A stretch of DNA of 64,000 nt from positions 124,001 to 188,000 of the forward strand of contig CT868474.1 of assembly GCA_000165425.1 (NCBI GenBank). The letters run 5' to 3'. The position numbers and the translations under genes are program-made. Source of the DNA: Paramecium tetraurelia. Its lineage: Eukaryota. Below, in pieces: positions 1-13,328 of this stretch (position 1 is its first letter; each line of letters starts with the position of its first letter). Under the pieces are notes generated by a model. It did not search any database. It was not told the origin of the DNA and saw only the letters and a list, made by a program, of their open reading frames with translations.

Positions 1-3000
1 TCCGTTGTTGACAGCCTCAGATAGTTTAGAAGAGTCAAATCTTTAACATAAATTACCAAATAGTTATTTTAGATTTTATCCTTTTTATATGAATATGATT
101 CCCAGTACTTATGCTAAATTGACATATAACTAATATTATTATTTTTGTAAGAAATCGTTGCTTTAAAATAGAGTAGACATCGATGACAGTTTTTTATCTA
201 ATTTTTGCATACACATGGTCAATTCATCAAAGAAGTTCTGGGCTCCAATTTATTTATAGATTTTGCGTAGAGCTGAGAATATTTATGTATAATCATCCTA
301 TCTTAATTCAACAGCACACATCAGCATTTATTTAAACACTATTTGTATAGTTTTGAAGATGCTATTGACTAATTTCAATTGTTGCAATAATTGACTAAAT
401 TATGTAATTAATGATAATACTTTTTATTGAGAGATTAAATGATTTCTTTAAAGTCACTCAGAATAATTTGAATGGTTTTATTAATTAAATAGCATGTTTC
501 TAAGTATTCCTCTGGTTTTGGAGCAGAAAACAAAGGTTTTTTTTTTAATAACTTTTATTTCGATTCTATATCTTTAATGGCTTTCTTTATTTTTGTTAAT
601 TTGGGTTCTAAAACAACAGGCAATTCATTGCTTTATCTTAATTACTTAATTATTTCTTCTTATACAAACTTTTAGAAATTAAATGTATTGTCACTATTGA
701 AAAAGAATATCATATGTCTTCCAATCAATCTATAAATTTTAAACAATTTGATTGAAACACATGAGTTGTACCAATCTGAGGCAGCACATAGTTTAATGTA
801 CCCAATCAATTTCTCCTTTTATTGCATTTCTGTTAAAGCATTGCAAAGTATTGATGCTTCAGGTGCAAAAATGATGGAAATGTAACAAGAATAGAGAAAG
901 GCACTTGTAATTAAGGCAATCTTGCTCTTCTGACTGCGAGCAAGTGACATATATTCATAAAATTAGTCTTCAGAGAATGATTATAAATCCACCATACTAT
1001 TTGCCAAAATCTTCTTCTGTTGAACTACTTCAAAAAATTACGATGAATATCTTGATATATTTAAATCCTAATTTTGAGGATATCCAACCAATTTACTAAC
1101 AATAGCATGTTTACTTAAACTGGAAGTGACAACCTTTGATTGATACTCATTTCCTTCTGATTGATTTAAAGCCTCTAATGAAATTGTTTTTTCTTCTAAA
1201 TCTAAATGAACATGTTAAATAAGGGGTTATAGACAAGCAAGCAACCTGTCTACTCCATTCTGAGATGAAAATATAGTATGTTAGACTTCAAAAGCACTGA
1301 TCAAATCGTCGATGAGATCAAGAGATTTATAATTAGGGAACTTAACAATCTTCCAATCCTCCCACTATTCACAACATTGCTAATACAAGCTTCTTTTGTA
1401 TTGGCTTAAAATATCCTCCACAGATTAATTATTATCGTAATCGAAGTCTTCAGCCAGATTAACTTTATGCATCTTATGTTTCTTAGATTGCATTAAATCC
1501 TTTTAAGCTTATATTTCCTTCTCAATTTCAGCTCTCGCCTTAGTCAATTGTTATGTCTAGTAATACTTTTAAAAGTTGAGAATGTTGCTAATCTGCATCA
1601 AAACTCTAAAGAAGTTTAAGTGAGTAATATTAATACCAAAGTCAGCTAATGGATAATAAATCTCACTTACATTCTATGGATTGAAACAATGGCTAAATGA
1701 CTAGACAGATTGATTCTATCGACAATGGTGTTTTAATATCAGTCCCAGATTGATCTTCTAATCTTATTGCTTCTCCAATCTCAAAGAGAGCCTTTTGGTT
1801 AAAGAAATTATTTCTTAATTGGGAAGAGTAGAGATATTGAGTTAATAAATACACACAAGAAGCACTTAAGGCAATTTTTTATCTGGTTTGATTCTCATCT
1901 CCTCTTGTATCTCTACTCATATTTGTTCGTAATCTAAATACATATTATTGGATTACATTTTATATGCAACCACACATAAATTGGATGATGATGTATTTTA
2001 CCTGAATTGATATGAAACTGGATTTGCATTAGACGATACGATATTACAAAAAATCATCAATAAACAAGAAATTTCCTAATGTAATTTAATTGTTATACTT
2101 CCTCTCCTTATCCATCTGACAATAACTATTAGAGTTTTTCCAATATCTTTTGCATAGTTTTCAGATCATCGAATTCCCATTTGCGACTTGGTATATTTGA
2201 TAGTAAATATGTAGTTACAATTCTGATTTCCTCCACTGGTGATTCCAAACAAGACAAAATGATGTATTTGTAATTCCATTATTCTAAACCTTTCAATTTA
2301 TCTTAAAACTTTTGTATGTCATTTGGATCCGAAGCTTTCTTTTGAATGCATTCGAACACCTTTAAGATTTGAAGTACTGCATATTGTAATTCTGCTGTTG
2401 GCATATTAGCGAGTGTATGTTCAGCAGTTACTTAAACATTGCCATACACTCGGGCCATCAAACAAAACTCATTATACAGAGTCTTGGACAATAGCAACAA
2501 AGTATTATTAAAATTTTCAGTATTGGAAACTATTGAACCTAAATAGAGATCACACACTTGACTCTCTAATATCGTTACTAAAAATTAGCAAAGACTTCCA
2601 TATATATATGGATCCAATTTCTTAATGGTCACTAGTTTTAAGACTTGAATAAAGATGATTTTCTCCTCTTTCTTATCTGATTTCGACTTCTCATTTAGAC
2701 TAGCTAGAAGTTCCCTCTCTTTTTTTTTGATTGGATCATTAATATCTTTATCTGTCAATATTTTTGTATATGATGGATTATCTACTAGAATCTTGCCATA
2801 TGCTCTAATTAGAGAACCTAACTTCTTGTTCATAATTTAGCATTGCTCTTGAGTTTTAACAGATTCAGAATTAGCAAAATGATATCTTTCTGATTCCAAT
2901 TCATCAATCATCTTGCTAATTTCTGTTGATATTTTATCTGAATATTTTTCTTTTAAGACTGGATTTGATTTTTTGAGAAATCTGTTTAAAGAGCTGATCA

Positions 3001-3933
3001 TTTCAAAAACATAGACTATAATCTTATTCTTTGTAAATATTTCATCCGCTTTGGCCTTCTTTGAAATAGAGAAACAGTAACTCAAAATATCCATCACTCC
3101 ATCCATTGTAATGAATTCTTCTAATTAAGTGGCAAAGGATTCGGCCACGAAACATCTACTCATCAATTATAGTGTGCATTCTACTGATTAATCAATCTTT
3201 GACTTATCGTCTCTGAATATAACAAAGATTTATTCGAGCCATCTCCCAAAAAGAATACATTGTTAATCGGTCATCCAGTCACCTAGTTTGATTTCTGATG
3301 CAAAATCAGTCAAACCCTTAAGTAAACAAATAGGAATTGTAAGAAAACTCTTTTGCTCCAAGTTAGTAAGGATGTTCTTCTGGATTGTCTTCTTAAGTAA
3401 TTATTTTAAATCCGGGTTGTTCTTATACAATATCTTTAAAGATTTCAGACATGACTCACACAAAGTTTCATCTTCAGGTTCATTAATTGTAACCAAATTT
3501 GTTAAAGCCATAATTATAATCTTCTGAACTGGTTTCTAATTCTCTACTAATAAGGTACAGTTGGACAAGAATTAATTGATCTTCTCATGAATTTGATTTT
3601 TCTGAAACCTAATATTTATTATTCTGATTACTAAATTTTAGAATTGAAATGTTTTGACCATTTAGAAGGATCAGAGATGACATATGATATCTTGAGAATC
3701 AAGTCTGTACAAAGAGTTGCAGATTTGTTAGGATTATTAAGACATTATTCTGTCAAATGGATGAATAAATCCAAATATTTGACATCTTAATTCTCCTGTC
3801 CCACTTGATCAAACACAGAAACATTCATCTCCCTTGGATCCTCTTGCAACACATCTTTGATTATTTCAACATTCTTATTTGCAATAATCACATTCTTTAT
3901 TGCTGAGGCCAATTTAGAATCTCCAAGCTTCAT
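1..3933 (-). CDS. Large helical (HEAT/ARM-like) hypothetical protein, 3' end runs off the window
   Basis: ATG at 3933 (MKLGDSKLASAIKNVII...); long code-6 frame with tiny GT..AG introns; Leu/Ile-rich amphipathic segments such as ILSCLESPVEEIRIVTTYLLSNI. No diagnostic motif recognised. Confidence 0.65.
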
Positions 3934-3972
3934 TATATATATATTATATAAATTTTAATCTTCATTGAATAA

Positions 3973-5099
3973 TCATATTTTATTTAATTCATTTATCTTT
4001 TTCTCCTATTAAATAGTCTCTTCAAGAACGATTTTATCATCCTTTGTTACAACCCAATCATAATTTTTATAATAATAATGGAATGGCAATCCTGGAGGAT
4101 GTAAGATATAACTAGCCTGCATGTAAGTTAATACAGTGTCACCCCCTTAAATTATTATAATTTATACTAGTTCCATAGACAAGTGTGTAAATTTAAGATT
4201 AATTTATCATTGACTCTGCTGTCACTCTCATATAAGCTGATCCAGCATAACTGTGCACATCAAATCCACTTATACCTTATGCTAAGATATTGTAGGCTGG
4301 ATCCAAGGAATATATTGAAGGCACCATTCTAGAAAACTTTTATGCTCTGATAGTCTGTTTGTTCGAATTGTCAAGAAATTGATTGTAAGTAGAATAATAA
4401 GTCCCAACTGATCCTGCTAAAGTCAAGTAATTGTTTGAAATGAAATAGGCAACATAAAGTGATCTCACATGACAAAAATCTCTTGTGAGGAATCTGACAT
4501 CCATGCTATTTGAAGTGGGAATACCCATTTGAATTCTGACACTCGTAAACAGGGAATTGAATATTTCAAAGTCTGCACCTACAATGAATGCTGTGACCTT
4601 TGGTGCTGGATAGCGAGGGTAATAGGATATCATGAAATCCTGCTACCTTGCTCCGAAACCTTGGCTTAATTGATGTAAATCCTCTTCTTGATAATGAACA
4701 TATTGAATTTCAACTTGATCATCGACCAGAGCAACCCATCTCACACTAAGAATAGGTATGACTGCTGGACCCCATATGATATAATTTATATTAAACCCAA
4801 ATAAAGTTACGTCTGAAACGTATGTTTGATAATTTATGTTTCTTCCTCTACTCCATTAAATCTCTTAATGCATCAATAGCACTTATGGGCGACTAAAGTT
4901 TTATAGGATGCAAGACATACACACTAAATCTCCTTGGAAAAACAACTTAACTCTAAAATCTCATCGGATAAGTTGGAAATAAAAATTGTTCCTATTTGGA
5001 TATGCTGTTGTCAACTCCTGTTTACCACTCAGCATAATATTCAAATCCGTATTACGCTTAGGAAATTGTAACACACAATATTACAATTAAATAAAACAT
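3973..5099 (-). CDS. Secreted protein with tandem H-type lectin-like domains
   Basis: Signal-peptide-like MFYLIVILCVTISQA; PQVLLM...VSDVTLFGFNINYIIWG...LSVRWVA matches the H-type lectin pattern, with two further similar units (FIVGADFE, QGISGFDV); TGA at 3973; tiny introns. Confidence 0.7.
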
Positions 5100-5209
5100 T
5101 AAAAATAATCAAAATGCAAAAACGATAATATGAATATTTCGTTTTGATGTTGTTTAACTTAATTTTATGCCATATATCTGATTCAAATGATGACCATACT
5201 TTAATTGAA

Positions 5210-6130
5210 TTCACATACGATATCCAGAATAGATATTAAGATAATAACTCAATCTATTAATCATTTCAAATTTATATATTTAAGAACTAGGGGGTTTTTC
5301 TTTATTGGATCTTCAACGCTCTTAGTTTCTTATTTGCGGATATCCATAATATTCTGACAGAACGATAATAAATCCAATAGGTCTTAATATAATTTGATTT
5401 TCTACATTTTAAAATAATTTCTAATTTCCAAATTTTCTTATTGATTCTAGGATTGATTGGTTTATTAATTAATTAAATTTTAAAGTTACTCAATTTCAAA
5501 TGATTGTTCTTATTTTCTAGAATTGATTGTTCTAATAGGTCGGATATTCTTATAAAAAAAGTTCTTGTGAATTAGTCTCTTGGTCTACTTTCAATATTTA
5601 ATTGATGTAATGAAATGTATTCTAATGTTATTTTGATTTATTTATAGAGTTTTAGGATTATTTATAGCAATCAATTAATAAATACTCTTATAGGCTTTCC
5701 AAATATGGTTAAAGTCTGTACTATTTTTTTAGCATCGATATCATTTTTTGGAAATTAGAATAATTATGATATTTTCTAATTTACTTATGACATACTGAAT
5801 TTATTATTATTTATGGAAAGATAATTCAATGATTTAACTTAAATATGATAAATATCATGCTTCTGTAACATTTTCTTAACTCTTCTTTCTTAACTATTAA
5901 GATTTCTAAATTGAATGAAGATCTCTTGAGTAGATCTTGGAAATTAATTTAAGATTCCTTATTGATTATTGTAAATTATTGACTCTAGTTGCAGTTTATC
6001 AATACAATTTAAATATAGAATTTATATTAATGTCATAAAAAATCTGTTTATAACAATTGAGTTTTATGAAGTAAAGGCATCTTGGAAATCTTGAGGCTGC
6101 CTTAGAATATGAACAGATTTTATTAAAAAT
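5210..6130 (-). pseudogene. Coding-like stretch with broken frames: possible decayed gene or unresolved gene model
   Basis: Long code-6 open stretches on the minus strand interrupted by TGA or frame changes that I could not repair with clean introns; no recognisable domain. Confidence 0.25.
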
Positions 6131-6279
6131 TACTTGAATAATAATAAGTAAAGTAAAATACAAGTGCAATCTAGACTCTTAAAAATTATATTAATATATA
6201 TATAATTTTTCAAAGAAGATATATTAAACACAAGGTCATTAATTAATATTAATCACTAATTTAAATATGATAGATATAT

Positions 6280-6927
6280 TCACTATTACAAAGATATCTT
6301 ATTTGTTGTCTTTTGATTGTTGCTCTCTTCCGAAATTGGTTGTTTGGTTCTTTATTTTTTGGAAGAGAGAGTTTTGAAATTTTAAAAATTTTCTATAACA
6401 TTACTAATCTGTTATGCCAAATCTACGAATGAAACGATGAGCATTGGGAAAGCTTCTTAAAAGTCTTAGTCATCTTTTAGTTCAGTTAATATGATGGTTG
6501 ATAATTTTTACATAATTTATGTAAATGTTATGGCGAATTTTTCATCATTATGAATTAAATAATAATCGCTTTCCTCAACCCTTTTGATTATTTGCTATTC
6601 TCTCATTATTCTTTTAATATTATTCTAAATAAGAATATTAATATTAGATCTCTAAATAATACAATTGTGTAATTATTCCCTTGTATGTTATGGTAAATGA
6701 TCTAAATTTCCAACTAATCCGAAAAAATCTGTAAACTTTTTGTATAATATAAGAAGATCCTTAACAGATTATGCAGTTTCGCATCTCTGTTCAGGAGGTC
6801 TAGACGATGATTAACTTTGAGGAATGGATAGCACTTCCAAATATGGTTATTCAACTATATTTAATTCCTATGATTGTAGTTTCTATTTTTTGTTCTATGA
6901 TTTTGTTCCAGAGCATGCTCCACCCAT
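6280..6927 (-). CDS. Hypothetical 215-aa protein with N-terminal myristoylation/palmitoylation-like motif
   Basis: Intronless 648-nt code-6 ORF starting MGGACSGTKSQ and ending ISLQQ-TGA. Confidence 0.7.
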
Positions 6928-7764
6928 ATTTGAAGAGTAAAGGTAATAACTTAATTAAAATACTAAAAAATTTATAACACTAAATCGATCACACTCTTTA
7001 ATCTCTCCAATTAATATTTTGAAGTCTGAAGCTCTATAATAAACAGTTACATAAATAATTCATTAATAGAAATAGTTTTATTTCAATAAACTTTTTCTTT
7101 GGTTTTCTCTCGAGTATGTAGACTGTCATTCCCTAGAAATTTTTATCAAAAAATAAAATATTTTTAAATATTCATCAAACACGATTTATATTGTTTCTAA
7201 ATCCATACTTCTTGGATCCTAATCCACCTACATGGGAACTATTGAATAACGAGGTAAGTAAAGTTCCTTTTCTCAATTTCAGACGATTTATACTGACTAT
7301 TACTTAATCAAAGTGCATAAAGAAACCAAGAGAATGGCATTTCAAAAGATTTTTATTTTATATTACAAAACTCACATTTTGTCATATTTATAACGTAATT
7401 TAATACAATTCTGTTTAATTGATTCCCACCATTTTAGAATATTGTTTAAGCTCTCTCTATTATTGTATTAGAGGATAGGAGAGGGCATTATTCTTGATAA
7501 AAATAAAATTACTATCCTTAAATAGAGTTCAAATTCTTAAAGAATTTAGCCAAATCAATCTCACGATATTTATATATTTAAACTTATTGTAATTTAAAAA
7601 GAAAAGATAGGTTATGAAAAGAAGAATGATGGTTGATTATTTTGAAAGTTTACGATCAATTTCATTATTTTGATCCTAGAAGATTCTAATTTGACTTAAT
7701 AATAAACCATTGATTTTAAAATCATGAACCCTTAGATATTTATTAAATTATTTATCTTATTAAA

Positions 7765-8417
7765 ATGAATAAGGGTTTGACTCTTTCATTCTCCAAGCAG
7801 TCAACTAAATAAGACCTAGATTAATCCACAATTCAAGAAAATTCTCCAATATTATTGTTTCTCGAAAAATAAAAAAAAAGAAATATCTTTTACATAAGCT
7901 TTAAAGTTGTAGCCGTATAGGTTTAACTAAATCATGCATATTATTTAGTAATTTAATTTTCTAAAGATTTTAGATTGAAGTTAATGAATATGGAAAAAAG
8001 TGGGTCATGAGGATTCGTTATAGTTAGTTATAATAATTGAACAAAAACTTGTGCAAACTCTATCGGATTAAACTCACTCTTTCATCCAACTTTGTATTTA
8101 ATAGATTGAGACCTGAATACCTGAAAAAAAGAGCAATCAAAATTTAATCATTTTTAAATGAAATAGGGGTGTAAATTAGTAAAATATAAATTAAGGAATT
8201 TTATGATTCTGAATTCTTTCCATTGCTAATAGTTTTTATAAGAGTAAAAATGCCTGGGAAAGATCCTGATAGATTACACCGAAGAAGAGACCCTTTAATT
8301 AGAATGATGAGTAGTTATAATTAAATTAAGAAATACTCTCTCTATTATGAACTATCCCTTTTCCAATATGTCTTTTTGCTATAAGAAAGATAATCCATTA
8401 AATATTTATTGAGTTGA
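7765..8417 (+). CDS. Small PX (phox) domain-like protein
   Basis: IEVNEYGKKWVMRIRYSQLQQLNKNL...PEYLKKRAIKIQSFLNEI resembles the PX RRYSEF...R..LE.YL pattern; intron gtaattt...ttttag restores the frame. Confidence 0.6.
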
Positions 8418-8473
8418 GATCTGCATATTTTCAAGAAAATTGTAATTAATTAATTCTGTTAACAATTTCAAAT

Positions 8474-10670
8474 ATGTTTTACAGCAGATCAAATCCAAAA
8501 TTGTCAGATTATTAGAATAAATTAAATACATCATCTTATTCAAGTAAATCACGTGGATCTTTTAAGGAAATTTCTCCTGAAACTAGAAGTAACGGGTTCA
8601 TCAAATAAACTAGACATTACTCCCAACAATTTAAATAGACCATTAACTGCTCGTAATGAATACACAAATCCATCAAAGGTGAAGTAATTACTAAGCAATT
8701 TGATACAACCTGATTAACAAAAGACTTCAACATAATTATTTGGATAAAACTTAATTCAAAAAAAATAACTTGATAGCACGTCAAGCAGATGTGATAGTTT
8801 ATGTAAGTTAAAATATGAAATCATTAGTCTCAAGCAGAATTTCTAATTTTGGAAAATAGAATGCAAAGTCGCCTCAAAATAATGAAACTTTTCTAAAATC
8901 TGGTTTCATAGTTACAGAGACTGATTAAGATAAGAAACTACACCAGAACTTGTATTATATATCTAATAAACAAAACGAATTCAATTCATCATAGCAAATA
9001 ATCAATAAAAACTAAAAATTGCTAACCATTTCATAAATTGCTCAATAATGCAAAAAAAACAGCATAACACCAAAACGATAAAATACTGTAAATAATGAAA
9101 ATATCAACAACTTAAACAATATAAATAGCAATTCTAAAAACAAGTAATAAAGTAAACAAATTGTTTAAGTTGGAAATATTAAAAAAAAGTATTTTTTGAT
9201 ATTTAATCTTAGCAAAACAACATACGTGGACACTTTTAATATTTTAAAATAGAAGTTTGATAATAATATTCAATCAAATTAGACTAAAAATATTACATCA
9301 GGAAAGAAATAAAATGAAAAATCAATACCAATTAAATCTACAACTTAAAGTTCAACTGTTTAAAAGATTGATGATGTCACTTAATAAAATATATATAAGT
9401 CACTTTTGTAAAAGGAACAGATTTGGAATGATATAATCAATTTAATAGATAATCCTAATCAATTTACTCTAGCAACTAAGTGTACTTAATTATAAAAGTT
9501 AATTCGGTTAATCAGTGAAAAAAATTATGTATTAATTATCAATATATTGTTAGAGTGAATATTTGTTTCGAATAGAACCTCAAATACTTGAAATATTTTT
9601 GTATGAATCTTTTGCATGTTATCTTATAATTAGCGATTACTTATAAGATCAAACTAATCAAGATCATAACATGAAGAATTTGATATAGTATATAATTAAT
9701 AGCAATCTCTATGTGCTTTAAGTGTTGGAAGGTGTGACAACCAATCCATTAAATTTGAATTTATTGAAACAGAGAATAGATTTGAGAATTTTTAATGTCC
9801 GTAAAGTTTGTCCAAAAGGAAGACAGGCCTTACAAAAGAACAATTATATCATCAAGTCTATTTTGAGTTTAATGTACTTTATCTAATCAATATAAAAGTC
9901 CAAAAGGATTGACGAAATAACACGCCCAGAAGTTTTTATGATTTTATCTCGAATAACCACCACTCCAGATTAATACACATTGCAATAGAAGAAAATTAAT
10001 TCTATGATCGAGTAAATTATGCCACTTGATTTGGAAAGAGCTTTGGCTGCTTCCAATAAAGAGTATACTCTAGTTTTAGACTTGGATGAAACTTTAGTTC
10101 ATTATTAAGAAGTAAATCGAGATAGTATTTGAAAGTTTCCAAAAGGAGGAGGACAATTTCTAGTGAGACCTTTTGTGGAAGAATTCTTAGAGTAGTTGTC
10201 TAAATACTATGAGATAATTATATTTACTGCTGCACTTCCAGATTATGCTAATTTCATCATCGATATCATTGATAAAAAGGGATTCGTCAAATAGAGATTA
10301 TACAGAGATAAAACTATTTTTAAAGACTAAGTCTACATTAAAGTATTTACATTATTAAAAATTTATAGGACCTTTCGATTCTAAATCGAAGTTTATCCAA
10401 AACTATAATAGTCGATAATATGCCTGAGAATTTTTAATTGCAACCAGAAAATGGAATTTATATTTAAAGTTGGTTCGGAGATACTTAAGATAGAGCATTA
10501 AAGGATTTATAACCTTTATTAGAACGTATTACTTTAACAACATACTTTTAGAAATAGCCATTAAAAAATGCAAAGATATAAGAGTAGCATTGAATTAATT
10601 CAGGGAACAAATGATTGAAAGAGTCTAAATGGGAATTAAAAATCCATATTAATATCTTTAATTAAATTGA
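8474..10670 (+). CDS. NIF/SCP1-like (FCP1 homology) CTD small phosphatase with long low-complexity N-terminus
   Basis: YTLVLDLDETLVH (DxDxT HAD motif), VRPFVEEFL, IFTAA, KDLSILNRSLSKTIIVDN, QPENGI; TGA at 10668-10670. The 5' exon structure is approximate. Confidence 0.9.
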
Positions 10671-10955
10671 ATAATAAAGGCAAATTTATTATTAATTTAA
10701 TAATTATCAATATCTAAAAATTTTTAATTTGTTATTTCTGCTTCTTTTTTATATAAGGCATAAGTTTTAAATCAGATAATCCTTATTCAGGTATATTATG
10801 CAATATAATAGAAATTTAAAATTATTTTGTATTATCTATTCAAAAAATAAACTGGTTGTAGCTTTGTAAAAGTTAAAGAAGAGGACCTTAAGAAAGTGAG
10901 ATTAATTATTTTGTTTGTATATTTATCCATTTTATACACATTTTTCTTAATAAAA

Positions 10956-12297
10956 TCATTTAAGCCAAAAATTACTGATTGCCATAGCGAACAGTGTTGC
11001 AAACATAATTCCTGTATTATTTGTCATAGAATTTATGCACATGCACAATTCTTTACAATTTTTAGGCAAGAATGTTCCAGAAACTATAAGATAGTTGACA
11101 TTAACGTAACTTGCTCCTCCCATTAATCCAACCCATAACATCAAACAAATTTGTATTGCAATATTTAATTGATAATTTGAATAATAATATGCTATAGCTA
11201 TTGCTGCCCACAATCCGCAATTGACTCCTTAAATGATAGTTAATAAAGTAACATTTTTAATTTATATAATTTTGAGTGATGATCTTGATACGAATACACC
11301 AATTTAATAACAGAATGCCAGAATAGCATAAGCATTATTTTAAAAGTAATTTCCATCAGTTTGGGCTGGATTGGCACGATCTGCCCAACAAGTTAATACA
11401 AAGTATTCAAAAAAATAGACTGCTCCTAAATTTAAGGAGTATGTCCATGCTAAATTAACGACATATTTCATGTTTTCAAAACTCATTTATAAGTTGTCTG
11501 TGCTATCATCTTCTTCCTCCTCCACCAATTAAACTTTTTATAAACTTTTTCTTTTGTTATCTAACCATGTAAAATTGTATAGATATATTAATAAAAAGGG
11601 AATAGCTGTTATAAATATCTAGTGTTAGATTACAATATACCCAGAAATCAGTAAATTTAAGGGCTCTAAGAACTAAGAAAAATCCGGATCCAAAGATTCC
11701 TGCAAATCCTGTTCCTGAACTCCAAAATCCAATCAAAGATGAGCTAAATGATTTACTATAACCAAGCATTGTGGCTTCTCCAAAAGATTACATGCAACCA
11801 CACAAAGTAGCTCCTAAGAGGGAAATGTAGAATGCGTAATCCTATTCAATTGTGGTGCTATTTTAATAATTATCTATATATTCTACCATACTGCTATGAT
11901 AATGAAACTCACAGCGGATAGTGATATAGCAACATAAATTCTTTTCTTATGTTATATTTTGATAAATAGTTTTGCATTCATGAAGACCATTCCAATGGAT
12001 AGGAAGATTAAAGAACTATTGTGGAATTGAAGATTTACAAATTGAATGCACTCATAAAGGATTCCTTGTCAAAATGTTTGGCAATTGATTAGGCTGAAGT
12101 GGCTACTAACACATATCCTGTATTATTGATTAGACCACATAAAAACATCGCTATTGAATATTTCATTTGGTTTTATTAAACGTCTCGTTCCTAATTACTC
12201 AAATATACCTTACTAACACAGTTTCTGCAGGAGTTTCGTCTTAATTTAATGATTAATAAGTACCATATGTTTAATTTGTTTAGAGCTATTCTTTCAT
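10956..12297 (-). CDS. CLN3: CLN3/battenin (Btn1) family lysosomal membrane protein
   Basis: FLCGLINNTGYVLVATSA, GFWSSGTGFAGIFG, AVYFFEYFV, QIGVFVSRSS, GLMGGASYVN are CLN3 motifs. Start at 12297 needs a 23-nt intron; alternative start at 12166. Confidence 0.9.
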
Positions 12298-12303
12298 TAA
12301 TAA

Positions 12304-12760
12304 ATGTTTCTTAATTTATTATAATTATTTAGAGGTGATAAGTAAATCGACCATCCAATTCTTGGTTAGTTGTCATGCAAAACCTTATAAGAAGCATACA
12401 AAAACTGCATGAGTTTCATTGATAATGAATAGTATCAATAAAAATAATGTCGCCCATATTATAATTTATGTATATTGCCATATGATTATTTAGCTGTGTC
12501 GTGTTTCTAAGTTAAGGATGATGTAGAATTTTAGCAATTCATAGATGATAAAATAGACGAGAGAAGAAGACTCATCAAAGTAAACTCATTCTTTATTTAA
12601 GTTCTTAAGAGAAAATAAATCCTAATTGCCAGAATTGCAAAAGTCAAACTAATAACAATTTTTTAATTTATTTCAATTTATAGATAATGAAGATGGACAA
12701 GAAGAGCAAGCCAAAAACTTTTATTAAAAATAATAGCAAGATAACAAAAAATATCTATGA
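12304..12760 (+). CDS. Small twin-CX9C (CHCH-like) protein, putative mitochondrial intermembrane space
   Basis: CKTLQEAYKNC followed by CRPYYNLSVSC once the 24-nt intron 12470-12493 is removed; second intron 12580-12601; TGA at 12758-12760. Confidence 0.7.
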
Positions 12761-12767
12761 ATAAGTA

Positions 12768-13259
12768 ATGTATTTGCAAGAATTTTCAAACCACAAATAA
12801 TCAATAAATTACACAAACCTTAAGTTTTAGTTCTTTTTCCTTCTCTTCATTGTCCTATCAATAATTAATGAATCTTAATCAGATATATAATCAATAATAG
12901 CATATTTGATTGATTAGAAAGGCAGAATCATTTTGGTTTATATAAGCATTTATCTCTTAATTTACTTAATCCTACCTATAATAACAGAATAATAAAGGAA
13001 ACAGACCTTTCATAATAAAACAAAATTATTAATAGATAATTTTATCTACTTATTAAACATCATTTTCATCTCATATTTCTAATTAGGGGAATTCCAAATT
13101 TCCTTTCGGATTTTTAATTATAATTATTATAAGAATCACTTGATTTAATAGTATAATATATCTGTCAATCTTTTTATTCAAATTACTTCATCCCCTTCTT
13201 CAATATCTATGATTTTATAAACCATTCCAACTCCATTTTTATCATATTAAATGTATTGA
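12768..13259 (+). CDS. Possible small hydrophobic membrane protein
   Basis: 163-codon intronless code-6 ORF with hydrophobic stretches; could be a chance ORF in AT-rich DNA. Confidence 0.3.
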
Positions 13260-13328
13260 ATAGTCTAATCAAAATAGTAGAATGGATAAAAACCTTTGAT
13301 AATATTTAATTTAGGCCATAATTTATTA

